Source of the DNA: an uncultured Gammaproteobacteria bacterium
GTDB lineage: Bacteria > Patescibacteriota > Patescibacteriia > Magasanikbacterales > GWA2-37-8
Reading direction: 5' to 3'
DNA: 64,000 bases
Assembly: GCA_964641245.1 (NCBI GenBank)
Contig: CAZXML010000001.1
Location: 229,460-293,459, forward strand
The position numbers were made by a program, and so were the translations under genes. Under the pieces are notes generated by a model, which saw nothing but the letters and a program-made list of their open reading frames with translations, made no database searches and was not told where the DNA came from. Below, in pieces: positions 44,860 to 54,780 of this stretch. Each line of letters starts with the position of its first letter. Position 1 is the first letter of the stretch.

Positions 44860-46628
44860 GTATGTCTGTTACAGAGGAAATGATTAAATATCTGCTGGCC
44901 AATCCCCCCAAAACGGAGGATGCTTTTGGCGTGGTTTTAAGAAAAATTTTGCGTCAGACCAAAAACGCGCAGGCCAACATTCCCACCAAATCGTCGCTGA
45001 TTAAATCATATCATAAATTGTTAAAACAGCACAAGATTAAAAAGAGTCCGGCGCTGGAAAAAACCTTAATGAAGCGGGCGGTGCGCACTTTGTCCGGCGT
45101 CAGCATTATTACCGTGCTCACCAAACCATTCCCCTGTCCCGGAAAGTGCATTTATTGCCCCACCGAAGCGCGCATGCCTAAAAGTTACATTTCCGATGAA
45201 CCGGCCGCGGCGCGCGCCTTAAGTTTGGCGTTTGATCCTTACCAACAGGTTGTTCAACGCTTTAAGGCTTTAGAAAATAACGGCCACCCCACCGATAAAG
45301 TGGAGTTGATTATTAAGGGTGGAACATGGAATTCGTATCCGATTAAATACCAATACTGGTTTGTTGCCAGATGTTTTGAAGCGTGCAATAATGTAAAATT
45401 TAATGCAGCCAAGCCAAGGGGCGCGCGTTCGGCAGTAGACGAGAAATTTTCTTTGGATAAATTGCGCCAATTGAGTTTCAAAATTCAAAAAGCAAATGAA
45501 AACGGCAAACACCGCCTGATTGGTTTAACCATAGAAACCCGCCCCGATTTTATAAACGCCGGCACTATCGCGGCTATGCGGGAAATGGGTACCACCAGAA
45601 TAGAACTAGGCGTACAAAATACCAATGAAAAAATATTAAAATTAACAAAACGCGGCCATGGCACGGCCGAAGTAAAACGCGCCACCAAAATGCTAAAAGA
45701 TTACGGTTTTAAAGTTGACTACCATTTAATGCCCCAATTGCCCGGAGCGACTCCGGCGACGGATTTAAAAATGATGTTAAAAGTTTTTGACGACCCGGAT
45801 TACCGTCCGGATATGATTAAGGTGTATCCGTGCACGGTGGTGAAAACTTCCGAACTTTACGACTGGCTAAAACGGGGTGAATACAAAACGTATTCAGACC
45901 GCCATTTGATAAACATGCTGAAAAAATTTAAAGTAAAAGTTCCGCGCTACGTGCGCATTTCCCGGTTAATCCGCGATATTCCCGGTCATCATATTCAAGC
46001 CGGAAATAAAATGACAAACTTGCGCCAGGTAATCCAGGAGGAGTTAAAAAAAGAAGGATTAAAATGCAGTTGTCTGCGCTGTCGCGAGGTCGGACATCAA
46101 CACATCGAGTCAAATGTCAAAAGTCAAAAGTCAAAAGTCAAAATGTTTGTAGACAAATACGAAGCCAACGGCGGGACGGAATATTTCTTAAGTTTCGAAG
46201 ATACCAAACGCGACGTTGTTTACGCGTTTTGCCGATTGCGTGTTCTCAAGCCTGTCATCCTGAGCAAAGCGAAGGATCTCTCTCTTTCAAACAAAAGGGA
46301 TTCTTCGGTCACTTCACTCCCTCAGAATGACAACCACAACCTCCCCAACGAAGGAATTAGCGCGGCCGAATTAGTCAAAATGGGCTACCCCGCTTTTATC
46401 CGCGAACTCCATACTTACGGCCAACTTATAAACATTGGGAAAAAAGCCAAAGGGGCTAGCCAGCATATTGGCATGGGCACAAAATTAATTGTTGAAGCGG
46501 AAAAAATCTGTAGAAAAAACAAGGCCTACAAATTAGCCGTAATTTCCGGAGTGGGTGTACGCGAATATTACAAAAAATTTGGCTACAAACTGGAAAACAC
46601 CTATATGGTAAAGACTTTGAAAAAGTAG
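44841..46628 (+). CDS. elp3: Elp3-family radical-SAM/GNAT protein (tRNA uridine-34 modification homologue).
   Basis: CPGKCIYCP radical-SAM cluster motif, LIGLTIETRPDF, and a C-terminal GNAT region (HIGMGTKLIVEAEKIC). A start at 44862 (MSVTEEM) is also possible. It carries two in-frame repeat insertions. Confidence 0.8.
   Translation: MYLFLTCMSVTEEMIKYLLANPPKTEDAFGVVLRKILRQTKNAQANIPTKSSLIKSYHKLLKQHKIKKSPALEKTLMKRAVRTLSGVSIITVLTKPFPCPGKCIYCPTEARMPKSYISDEPAAARALSLAFDPYQQVVQRFKALENNGHPTDKVELIIKGGTWNSYPIKYQYWFVARCFEACNNVKFNAAKPRGARSAVDEKFSLDKLRQLSFKIQKANENGKHRLIGLTIETRPDFINAGTIAAMREMGTTRIELGVQNTNEKILKLTKRGHGTAEVKRATKMLKDYGFKVDYHLMPQLPGATPATDLKMMLKVFDDPDYRPDMIKVYPCTVVKTSELYDWLKRGEYKTYSDRHLINMLKKFKVKVPRYVRISRLIRDIPGHHIQAGNKMTNLRQVIQEELKKEGLKCSCLRCREVGHQHIESNVKSQKSKVKMFVDKYEANGGTEYFLSFEDTKRDVVYAFCRLRVLKPVILSKAKDLSLSNKRDSSVTSLPQNDNHNLPNEGISAAELVKMGYPAFIRELHTYGQLINIGKKAKGASQHIGMGTKLIVEAEKICRKNKAYKLAVISGVGVREYYKKFGYKLENTYMVKTLKK
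46109..46143 (+). repeat. Tandem heptanucleotide repeat (GTCAAAT then GTCAAAA x4) inside the elp3 coding sequence.
   Basis: gtcaaat gtcaaaa gtcaaaa gtcaaaa gtcaaaa, encoding SNVKSQKSKVK. Confidence 0.85.
46264..46332. repeat. Family A TGTCAT-type element inserted in-frame in elp3.
   Basis: tgtcatcctgagcaaagcgaaggatctctctc...ccctcagaatgacaa, encoding VILSKAKDLSLSNKRDSSVTSLPQND. Confidence 0.8.
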
Positions 46629-46643
46629 TAATATACCATTTAT

Positions 46644-47030
46644 ATGAAATTACCGATGAATTCAATTATCGCTTCCGGGCCTGTTATTATAGAAAACAAC
46701 AAGGTTTTACTTAACCGCGAACAAAAAGCAGATGGCATTACACCTTGGATGTTTCCCGGCGGAGAAGTGGAAGATTTTGATAAGAGCTTGGAAGATGCTT
46801 GCCGACGTGAAGTTATGGAAGAAATGGGAGTTGAAATAGAAATAATAAAACCGCTTAAACCGATAATGCTGAATCAAAACGGAAGAGTTATTATTTTAAT
46901 TCATTATCTGGCAAAACGAATTGGAGAAATAAAACCAGGCGAAGATATTACAGATTGGGCTTGGCATGATATAAATAATTTACCTGATAATTGCGCACCA
47001 AACGTATATGGTATAATCAGCTCTCTATAA
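46644..47030 (+). CDS. NUDIX hydrolase.
   Basis: Nudix box GGEVEDFDKSLEDACRREVMEEMGV. Confidence 0.7.
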   Translation: MKLPMNSIIASGPVIIENNKVLLNREQKADGITPWMFPGGEVEDFDKSLEDACRREVMEEMGVEIEIIKPLKPIMLNQNGRVIILIHYLAKRIGEIKPGEDITDWAWHDINNLPDNCAPNVYGIISSL

Positions 47031-47040
47031 TTTGAATCTC

Positions 47041-47150
47041 TACCCAATCGCTCTCTCCCCTTTTAGGGGAGAGACAGAGAGAGGGGTATCGCGGATGTCG
47101 AATTACAAATACCCCCACCCTGCCCTCCCCCTAAATGGGGGAGGAACGAT
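47041..47150. repeat. Family C element (two GGGGAG hairpins).
   Basis: ctctctccccttttaggggagagacagagagaggggtatcgcg...ccctccccctaaatgggggagg. Confidence 0.7.
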
Positions 47151-47199
47151 ACAAAACGACATGAATTGAATTATTTTATTCAAACTTATTATATTTTTT

Positions 47200-48447
47200 A
47201 TGCACACTCAAAATTTAAAAGACTTTGATAACAGTATCTACGAAAGTATAAAAAAAGAACAACAGCGCCAGGAGGAGGGGCTAGAAATGATTCCTTCCGA
47301 GAATTTTGTATCCCCTGCCGTACTGGAGGCTTTGGGTTCAATACTCACCAACAAATATTCCGAGGGCTATCCGGGAAAAAGATATTATGGCGGTTGTGAA
47401 TTTGTTGATGAAGTGGAGCAATTGGCCATAGACCGGGCGAAACAAATTTTTGGCGCCGAGCATGTAAATGTGCAACCGCTTTCCGGAGCGCCGGCCAACA
47501 TTGCCGTGTATTTTGCTTTGCTTAAACCTGGCGATACTGTATTGGGAATGGACTTGTCGCACGGAGGGCATCTTACCCACGGCCATCCGGTAACTTACAT
47601 GGCCAAAATATATAATTTTATCCGCTACAAAACCAACACCGAAGGCTTGATTGATTTGGATAATTTGCGTCAGATGGCTTTGGAGCACAAGCCAAAAATA
47701 ATTTTAGTCGGATATTCCGCGTATTCCAGAGAAATTGAATACGCCAAAATAAAAACCATTGCCGATGAAGTGGGCGCCATTACCATGGCCGACATTGCTC
47801 ATATTGCCGGGCTAATTGCCGGCGGAGAAATGGTTAATCCGGTGCCAATTTTTGATATTGTGACCACCACTACCCACAAAACCTTGCGCGGTCCGCGCGG
47901 GGGCATGATAATGTGCAAAGAAAAATTCGCCAAAGATATAGATAAAGCCGTGTTCCCCGGATTCCAAGGCGGACCTCACGAAAATAATATCGCGGCCAAA
48001 GCCGTGGCTTTTAAAGAAGCCATGGAACCGGAATTTAAAGAATATGTTAAACAGATAAAAAAGAATATAAAAATTTTGGAAGCCGAATTTAACCGGCTGG
48101 GCTATAAATTATGTTTTGGCGGTTCGGATAATCATTTGCTTCTTATAGATGTAACTCCCAAAGGCGTGTCTGGCAAACAAGCGCAAATTGCTTTAGACAA
48201 AGCCGGCATTACCGTAAACAAAAATATGATTCCCGATGACACCCGCTCGCCCATAGATCCGTCCGGCATTCGTTTGGGCACTCCGGCCATTACCACCCGG
48301 GGCATGAAAGAACCTGAAATGAAAATTATTGCCGGTTGGATTGACGAAGCGATTACCAATTGGCAAGACGACGCCAAACTGGCTGATATTAAAAAACAAG
48401 TAAGCGAAATGACAAAAAAGTTCCCACTATATTCGACGCTTAAATAA
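47200..48447 (+). CDS. glyA: Serine hydroxymethyltransferase.
   Basis: 415 aa. SHGGHLTHG and the PLP-Lys region [13 protein letters not shown] are present. Confidence 0.95.
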   Translation: MHTQNLKDFDNSIYESIKKEQQRQEEGLEMIPSENFVSPAVLEALGSILTNKYSEGYPGKRYYGGCEFVDEVEQLAIDRAKQIFGAEHVNVQPLSGAPANIAVYFALLKPGDTVLGMDLSHGGHLTHGHPVTYMAKIYNFIRYKTNTEGLIDLDNLRQMALEHKPKIILVGYSAYSREIEYAKIKTIADEVGAITMADIAHIAGLIAGGEMVNPVPIFDIVTTTTHKTLRGPRGGMIMCKEKFAKDIDKAVFPGFQGGPHENNIAAKAVAFKEAMEPEFKEYVKQIKKNIKILEAEFNRLGYKLCFGGSDNHLLLIDVTPKGVSGKQAQIALDKAGITVNKNMIPDDTRSPIDPSGIRLGTPAITTRGMKEPEMKIIAGWIDEAITNWQDDAKLADIKKQVSEMTKKFPLYSTLK

Positions 48448-48485
48448 AAAATAGCCCCGACACACCGTCGGGGCTATTTTTTTTA
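48446..48485. terminator. Bidirectional intrinsic terminator between glyA and pyk.
   Basis: aaaaaatagccccgacacaccgtcggggctatttttttt has an A-run, a 10-bp GC stem and a T-run. Confidence 0.8.
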
Positions 48486-48527
48486 ATTGACTTTATGAAC
48501 TTTACAAACTTTAAGAACTTTATAAAC

Positions 48528-49967
48528 TTATTTAATTTCCCGCACCACCACCAAATTAACATTACCTGCCTGCCCGACCGGCTCACCGGCAACCACCACC
48601 ATATTATCGCCATTTTTGGCGATTTTGTGTTTTTTTATATAGGAAATGGAGCGCTCTACCAGTTCTTCTATACTACTGCAAGGTTCCAGAATAAATGGAA
48701 TTATACCCCATGACATATTTAATTGTCTTTGCGTTCTTTGACTGCTGGTGCCGACCAAAATCGGCAACGGCGGACGCACATGGCTGATCATCCGGCCGGT
48801 TTCTCCGGAAATGGAGGCGGCTAAAATTATTTTTGCTTTTACTTCTTCGGCCAGAATGCGTGAGAGTTCGGTGATGGCGATATCTATAGATGTGCCTTTT
48901 TTATGAATTCCCGGCAAAGCGGTATCATCATAATGAGATTTTTCCGTGCTGATAATAATATCGGCCATAGTTTCTACCACCAGAATCGGATGTTTGCCTA
49001 CGGCAGTTTCGTTAGAAAGCATTAAAGTGTCGGCGTGATCTATGACCGCGTTAGCCACATCGCTAACCTCGGCGCGAGTGGGACGGCGATTTTCGCGCAT
49101 GGAGTCCAGCATTTGGGTAGCTACAATTACCGGTTTGGCGTGAGCATTGGCCATATCTATCATTTTTTTCTGTACCAAAGGCACTTCCGCGGCCGGCACT
49201 TCCATACCTAAATCTCCGCGGGCTACCATAATACCATCGGCAACTTCCAAAATTTCTTCCAGATTATCTACGGCCACCCTTCTTTCTATTTTAGCGATTA
49301 AACGGATAGGCTGTTGATTTTTAAAACCCAACTCTTCTTCATGCTGTTTAATCAAAAACCGCAAATCCATAATATCTTTTCCGGAACGGACAAAAGACAG
49401 CGCCACCAAGTCCACCCCCTGCTCCACGCCAAATTTTACATCTTTTTTGTCTTTATCGCTTAAAGTTTCTATGTTTAAATCGCTATCCGGCAAATTTAAT
49501 CCTTTATGAGAAAAAATTAATGTTCCTTCCACCACTGTGCCGGTTATTTTTGTGCCGGTTACATTTTTTACTTTTACTTCTATGTGTCCGTCGTCCACCA
49601 ATATTCTTTGGCCCGGTAAAATAAATTTATGCAAGTCGTGATAATCCAGCGGAATTTCCTTATCCTTATATTCTGTTATGGAAGTATCAAAAACTATTTC
49701 ATCTCCTACTTTTATCGGCACGCCGGCTTCGGGCATAGCGCCCACCCTAATCTTTGGCCCTTGCAAATCTTGCATAATGGCAATAGGCTCGCCGGTCATT
49801 TCTTCCGCTTTCCGGATATTAGAAATTAAAGCGGCATGGCTAGCGTAATCGCCGTGAGAAAAATTTAACCGGGCAATGTTCATGCCGGCTTTTACCATAT
49901 CGCTTAAAACTTTGACACTATCGCAAGACGGCCCGATGGTACAACAGATTTTGGTTTTTTTAAACAT
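48528..49967 (-). CDS. pyk: Pyruvate kinase.
   Basis: MFKKTKICCTIGPS...NFSHG...MVARGDLG. Confidence 0.9.
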   Translation of the reverse strand: MFKKTKICCTIGPSCDSVKVLSDMVKAGMNIARLNFSHGDYASHAALISNIRKAEEMTGEPIAIMQDLQGPKIRVGAMPEAGVPIKVGDEIVFDTSITEYKDKEIPLDYHDLHKFILPGQRILVDDGHIEVKVKNVTGTKITGTVVEGTLIFSHKGLNLPDSDLNIETLSDKDKKDVKFGVEQGVDLVALSFVRSGKDIMDLRFLIKQHEEELGFKNQQPIRLIAKIERRVAVDNLEEILEVADGIMVARGDLGMEVPAAEVPLVQKKMIDMANAHAKPVIVATQMLDSMRENRRPTRAEVSDVANAVIDHADTLMLSNETAVGKHPILVVETMADIIISTEKSHYDDTALPGIHKKGTSIDIAITELSRILAEEVKAKIILAASISGETGRMISHVRPPLPILVGTSSQRTQRQLNMSWGIIPFILEPCSSIEELVERSISYIKKHKIAKNGDNMVVVAGEPVGQAGNVNLVVVREIK

Positions 49968-49968
49968 A

Positions 49969-50463
49969 CTACTTTAATAATGCTTTTAACTGTTCCTCTT
50001 TGGCGGGATCTAAATTAAACATCTTTAATAAACTATCCATGGATACGGGTTTGGAGTCGCTTTGCTGCTCCATGCCCAGCAAACTGCCGTATTGTTTAAG
50101 AACTCCGCTTATCATAGGCTGTAAATAAATGTAGGCCAAAATAAGCGGCACGACAATTAAAATAAGTTTTATCCAACTAAAAATAGCCGCCCACAAAAGT
50201 TTGTTATTTATTTTCCGGTTTTGTTCATAAATAATTTGGGACCATTTTAGATTTTTTTCCATAAGTTCTTTTAGGCTTGGGTCGACCTTAGGAACCTCTG
50301 GTGCAGAGGGCTTTTTTGGAACAACTCCGGCAATCTCGGCAACTCCTCCTACCTCCTCTTGGGAAGAGGAGGATTTGACCGTGTCGCTGGCTGTGGTTTC
50401 TTTGTGTCTAAACATATTATTATGGTTATTGGTGAAATTGATGAAAATGGTCAAGTTGATCAA
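49969..50463 (-). CDS. Hypothetical membrane protein.
   Basis: 164 aa with two central TM helices. No recognisable domain. Confidence 0.45.
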   Translation of the reverse strand: MINLTIFINFTNNHNNMFRHKETTASDTVKSSSSQEEVGGVAEIAGVVPKKPSAPEVPKVDPSLKELMEKNLKWSQIIYEQNRKINNKLLWAAIFSWIKLILIVVPLILAYIYLQPMISGVLKQYGSLLGMEQQSDSKPVSMDSLLKMFNLDPAKEEQLKALLK

Positions 50464-50494
50464 GCGAAGCGATTTACCATTTTTACCATCTTCA

Positions 50495-50947
50495 TCATTT
50501 ATTCGACAGCTTCTTTAGTTCTTTTTCGAAAGTGCGGACATCTCTGAAATCGCGGTAAACGCTGGCAAAACGGATGTAGGCGACTTTATCAAAACTTCTC
50601 AAATGTTTTATGACAACCTCTCCCAGTTCTTTGCTGGAAATTTCTTTGGCTTTCTTTTTTTGGATATCTCGTTCTATGGAATGAATAAGGCGGTGAAAGC
50701 TGTCGCGGGTATATGGCCGTTTGGTTAAAGCCATTTTGATACCGCCCTCTAACTTGTCGCGCATATAAATTTCCCGGTGCCCGTCGCTTTTTACCACAAT
50801 AACATCCAGCAACTCCATTTCTTCAACGGTAGAAAAACGATACTGACATTTATCGCATTCCCGGCGCCGGCGGATAGACAAGTCGTCTTCTGCCGGACGC
50901 GTATCAATCACGCTAATTTCCTTGTTATTACAAATTGGACATCTCAT
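50495..50947 (-). CDS. nrdR: Transcriptional repressor NrdR.
   Basis: MRCPICNNKEISVIDTR...CDKCQYRF zinc ribbon plus an ATP-cone. Confidence 0.85.
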   Translation of the reverse strand: MRCPICNNKEISVIDTRPAEDDLSIRRRRECDKCQYRFSTVEEMELLDVIVVKSDGHREIYMRDKLEGGIKMALTKRPYTRDSFHRLIHSIERDIQKKKAKEISSKELGEVVIKHLRSFDKVAYIRFASVYRDFRDVRTFEKELKKLSNK

Positions 50948-50954
50948 GCGACAA

Positions 50955-51031
50955 GTATAAAGTATTAAGTATTAGGTATTAAGTATTTAACAAATATTCC
51001 CATAATACTTGATACATAATACTTAATACTT
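50955..51031. repeat. Family D heptamer inverted-array element.
   Basis: gtataaagtattaagtattaggtattaagtatt...cataatacttgatacataatacttaatactt. Confidence 0.7.
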
Positions 51032-51102
51032 CAAGAATAGTGTATCACTTATTTAATAACAAAACAACCCCAATTTTATAGGGATTGCTTTGAATTCAGG
51101 GG

Positions 51103-52326
51103 TTAGATTCCCATCTTCTTCCGGATAAAAGCCGGGATTTCCAATTCTTCTTCGGGGTTGCCCTTGTCTTTTACGGGCGCGGGCTGGGTTCTGTCCGCAG
51201 ACTGCCGTAACGGCATGGCGGTGTTATTGCTTTGAATAATTTGTTTAAACTTTTTTTCTTCTTCCTCTTCATCCTTCTGCACCTTTCTCATAAAATTGCT
51301 CGGCATATATTTATTGGCCGAGAAAAATGACTGCGGTGTTTGCTCTTCCACTGCAGCCTGAATATTTTGACGGCGGTCATCGAAACCGGTGGCGATAACG
51401 GTGATACGCATACTGCCCGTCATAGATTCGTCTATATTTGCTCCGAAGATTACTTTAGCGTCATCGGCGGCTGAACTGGTAACCATTTTGGCCGCATCGC
51501 TGACTTCGCTTAACGCCATATCCGGACCGCCCGTTATGGTTAACAAAATTCCTCTGGCGCCATCAATAGAAACTTCCAACAACGGACTGGAAATTGCCGC
51601 CTTAGCCGCATCGACCGCCCTGTTTTCACCGGTACCGGTGCCGATGCCCATAAGAGCAGTGCCTGCGTCCCGCATAATTGTTTTCACATCCGCAAAATCC
51701 AGGTTAATCATGGCGTGGACAGTAATTAATTCCGCGATACCTTGTACACCTTGGCGCAAAACATCATCAACAATTTTAAAAGATTCTACCAAAGTTGTTT
51801 TTTTATCTACTATTTGCAAAATACGATCGTTGGGAATTGTAATAATAGCATCTACATTCCGGGCTAATTGTTCCCACGCTTTCTCGGCAACATCCCGTCG
51901 CTGCGGGCCTTCAAAACCAAACGGCTTTGTGACGACGGCAACCGTTAAGGCGCCGGCCTCTTTTGCTACAGCGGCAACTACCGGAGCGGCTCCGGAACCG
52001 GTTCCCCCGCCTAAACCACAGGTAATGAAAACCATATCTGCGTCTTTCACAATTTCTCTGATTTCATTTTGAGTTTCTTCGGCCGCTTTTCTGCCAACTT
52101 CCGGATCCATACCGGCGCCCAAACCACGGGTAACGCTTTTTCCAATATGTAATTTCTGCGGGGCGTTGCTGTGATGAAGCGCCTGCACATCGGTATTCAT
52201 AGCAATAAAATCCACACCGCGAATACGGCTTGCAACCATGCGATTCACCGCGGATCCTCCGGACCCGCCCACACCAATAACTTTTATTTTGGCGAATGTT
52301 TCTATATCAGGTTTTACTTGCGGCAT
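51103..52326 (-). CDS. ftsZ: Cell-division GTPase FtsZ.
   Basis: GVGGSGGSAVNRM and the tubulin signature GGGTGSGAAPVVA are present. Confidence 0.95.
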   Translation of the reverse strand: MPQVKPDIETFAKIKVIGVGGSGGSAVNRMVASRIRGVDFIAMNTDVQALHHSNAPQKLHIGKSVTRGLGAGMDPEVGRKAAEETQNEIREIVKDADMVFITCGLGGGTGSGAAPVVAAVAKEAGALTVAVVTKPFGFEGPQRRDVAEKAWEQLARNVDAIITIPNDRILQIVDKKTTLVESFKIVDDVLRQGVQGIAELITVHAMINLDFADVKTIMRDAGTALMGIGTGTGENRAVDAAKAAISSPLLEVSIDGARGILLTITGGPDMALSEVSDAAKMVTSSAADDAKVIFGANIDESMTGSMRITVIATGFDDRRQNIQAAVEEQTPQSFFSANKYMPSNFMRKVQKDEEEEEKKFKQIIQSNNTAMPLRQSADRTQPAPVKDKGNPEEELEIPAFIRKKMGI

Positions 52327-52369
52327 ACAGTAAATTTAAGATTTATGATTTCAGATTTGTGTCTAGTTT

Positions 52370-52456
52370 TGTCATTGCGAGGAGTCGTAGCGACGTGGCA
52401 ATCCCATAGTCAGTACTACTAGTATAGTGGGATTGCTTCGCTTTGCTCGCAATGAC
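52370..52456. repeat. Family B element (intergenic, ftsA-ftsZ).
   Basis: tgtcattgcgaggagtcgtagcgacgtggcaatcccatagtcagtactactagtatagtgggattgcttcgctttgctcgcaatgaca. Confidence 0.85.
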
Positions 52457-52586
52457 AGATAAAGTTCCATTGAACACATTTTGTATTCAGCATCCTCTTA
52501 AACAAAACAACGGAGTGGTCTCCGTTGTATAGTTTATAGATAATAGTTTTTACTGTCAAGAAAACAAGTGCACTCTTTGTGTACAA

Positions 52587-53825
52587 TCAGGGAATTAGCG
52601 CTTTTAGCCATTTTTTTAGCTGGCCGGAAACAGCGCCCATATTTTTAGTCCCGGATTTGCGCTTGCTTCCTCCCTGCATTTCACTCCCCCATTTTACCAG
52701 CCCTACAGCCGTGGCAAAACCCAAATCATTCACCTTATCGGTAACACTTACCACATTTAAAGGATAACCAACATTAGCCGGCAACCGTAAAACTTTTTTG
52801 GCCATTTCTACCAAGCCGGGCAATTTGGCTCCGGCGCCGGTAAACACCACGCCGGCCGGAAGTAAACCGGAACGCTGAATCTTACGAAGTTCATCATCCA
52901 CTTTCTGTAATATCTCTTCTACGCGAGCAGAAACTATCTCGCTTAAAAATTTCTTTTTTATAATCTGGTGATCTGGAGCGCCCACATCAAATAAATCTAT
53001 TGAGCTTGAATCGGAATTACAGTCTCCATATTCTACTTTTACCCGTTCCGCAACATCCACGGATACCTTCAGTCCTAGCGCGATATCATTAGTAATATTT
53101 TGAGAGCCAAAAGGAATAATTGAGGTTTGGATTAATTCTCCTTCTTCAAATACAGCCATACCGGTAGTAGAACCGCCCAAATTTACCACCATTACCCCCA
53201 GTTCTTTTTGGCGTTTGGTAACCACAATTTCGGCGGTGGCCAGAATAAACAAAACCAGGTCTTCAATATCCAGTCCGGCCCGGTAAACGGCTTTGGTTAA
53301 GTTCTTTATTTGCGAAGATGAACCTAAAATAATTTGTGTATCCACCTCTAACCGTACGCCGGTCATTGATGTGGGGTCCTTTATTCCCGTTTGTCCGTCT
53401 ACCGTATAATGGCGGGGTAATACGTGTAAAACTTCATAATTTAACGGTGTGGCAATAGACCTGGCCGCCTCGATGGCACGAGTAACATCTTCTTCGGTTA
53501 TTTCGCTGTTGGCTTTGGATACGGCCACAACCCCTTTACTGCTTTGAGATAAAATATGCAGGCCGGAGATTCCCACCCAAACGCTGTCTATGGGAACTCC
53601 CACCATTCTTTCTACCCGTTCTAAACAGGCGGAAATTGCGGACACCACATCTTCTATACTGCTGACCACTCCTTTTTGCACTCCTTCCGAAGGAACTTCA
53701 GCCGCGCCCAAAATCTGCAACTCAACATTGCCTTCTTCTTTTCCGATTAATTGTCCAACGGCCATGCGTACCGAATTTGATCCGATATCCAGCCCGCCGA
53801 TTAAATTTCCTTGTCCGTTTTTCAT
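52587..53825 (-). CDS. ftsA: Cell-division protein FtsA.
   Basis: LIGGLDIGSNSVRMAVG actin-fold phosphate loops and a C-terminal amphipathic tail. Confidence 0.9.
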   Translation of the reverse strand: MKNGQGNLIGGLDIGSNSVRMAVGQLIGKEEGNVELQILGAAEVPSEGVQKGVVSSIEDVVSAISACLERVERMVGVPIDSVWVGISGLHILSQSSKGVVAVSKANSEITEEDVTRAIEAARSIATPLNYEVLHVLPRHYTVDGQTGIKDPTSMTGVRLEVDTQIILGSSSQIKNLTKAVYRAGLDIEDLVLFILATAEIVVTKRQKELGVMVVNLGGSTTGMAVFEEGELIQTSIIPFGSQNITNDIALGLKVSVDVAERVKVEYGDCNSDSSSIDLFDVGAPDHQIIKKKFLSEIVSARVEEILQKVDDELRKIQRSGLLPAGVVFTGAGAKLPGLVEMAKKVLRLPANVGYPLNVVSVTDKVNDLGFATAVGLVKWGSEMQGGSKRKSGTKNMGAVSGQLKKWLKALIP

Positions 53826-53844
53826 ACAATAGATTACGCGGATT

Positions 53845-53955
53845 TGTCATGCCTAGCGAGGTCTTACTGTCATTGCGAGGAGCCGGAGCGACGCGGCAAT
53901 CCCACTGTCGGGACTACCAGTACTTTGGGTTTGCTTCGCTTTGCTCGCAATGACA
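53845..53955. repeat. Family B element with an extra partial TGTCAT end.
   Basis: tgtcatgcctagcgag is followed by tgtcattgcgaggagccggagcgacgcggcaatcccactgtcgggactaccagtactttgggtttgcttcgctttgctcgcaatgaca. Confidence 0.85.
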
Positions 53956-53976
53956 AAATATTCGCTTATTATAACA

Positions 53977-54342
53977 CTACTTAATCAAATTCTCCAAATG
54001 CGGATAAAAAATTATCGCTCCCACTATTAAAGCCACCAGGGATGTAAGCAATACCGCTCCGGCCATAAGATCCTTGACCACTCCTACGTAATGATGCAAA
54101 CGGGGCTTAAGCAAATCGCTAAAATTCTCAAAGGCGGTGTTTAAAATTTCTACTAATAAAACCAGCAGTACCAGCAAGATAAGCAATATTACTTCCCAGC
54201 TGCGCAACGGAAAATATGTAGCGGCCGCAAAAACTAAAAAACCCAGTAATACCTGTATCCGAAAATTCTGCTCTGATTTAAAAACATGCTTTAAGCCTCT
54301 AAAGGCGTCGGTAAAACTTTTTAACAGCCTATATAAAGACAT
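53977..54342 (-). CDS. dgkA: Diacylglycerol kinase (DgkA family).
   Basis: 121 aa, 3-TM. EILNTAFE catalytic motif. Confidence 0.75.
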   Translation of the reverse strand: MSLYRLLKSFTDAFRGLKHVFKSEQNFRIQVLLGFLVFAAATYFPLRSWEVILLILLVLLVLLVEILNTAFENFSDLLKPRLHHYVGVVKDLMAGAVLLTSLVALIVGAIIFYPHLENLIK

Positions 54343-54749
54343 ACTATTTCTTCTTGAATTTTAAACATTTTTTGCGCCTCTTTTATTTCCACGTGATCGT
54401 AACCAAGGATGTGAAGAAATCCGTGTACCAGCATTCTAGCAAATTCTTCTTTGGTTTTGATGGTTAATTCTTTTGACTGACGCACGATCTGGGGATAGCA
54501 GATATAAATTTGCCCCAGAAATTTCGATTTTACCACCCCATCTTCTCCCCAGGCAAAAGACAACACATCCGTAATTTTATTTTTACCTCTGTAGCTAAAA
54601 TTTAACTCTTTTATTTCCTTCTCCCCCACAATATTTACCTCCAGTTCGCCGTTAATTTTTAATTTCCGGTGAATTATGTTAAATACTTTTTTTACCTCGC
54701 CTTGCGTCCATGGACATTTTATCCGTTTGTTAAAATTTATTGACAACAT
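54321..54749 (-). CDS. ybeY: rRNA maturation endoribonuclease YbeY.
   Basis: HGFLHILGYDH zinc-binding motif. Confidence 0.85.
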   Translation of the reverse strand: MLSINFNKRIKCPWTQGEVKKVFNIIHRKLKINGELEVNIVGEKEIKELNFSYRGKNKITDVLSFAWGEDGVVKSKFLGQIYICYPQIVRQSKELTIKTKEEFARMLVHGFLHILGYDHVEIKEAQKMFKIQEEIVCLYIGC

Positions 54750-54780
54750 GATTGTGAATTTAGTATTTAGTATTTAGGAT

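Noticed and set aside
51389-52072. 227-aa plus-strand ORF antisense to ftsZ.
   Set aside because: Gly/Ala codon richness of ftsZ creates an open antisense frame. No independent support.
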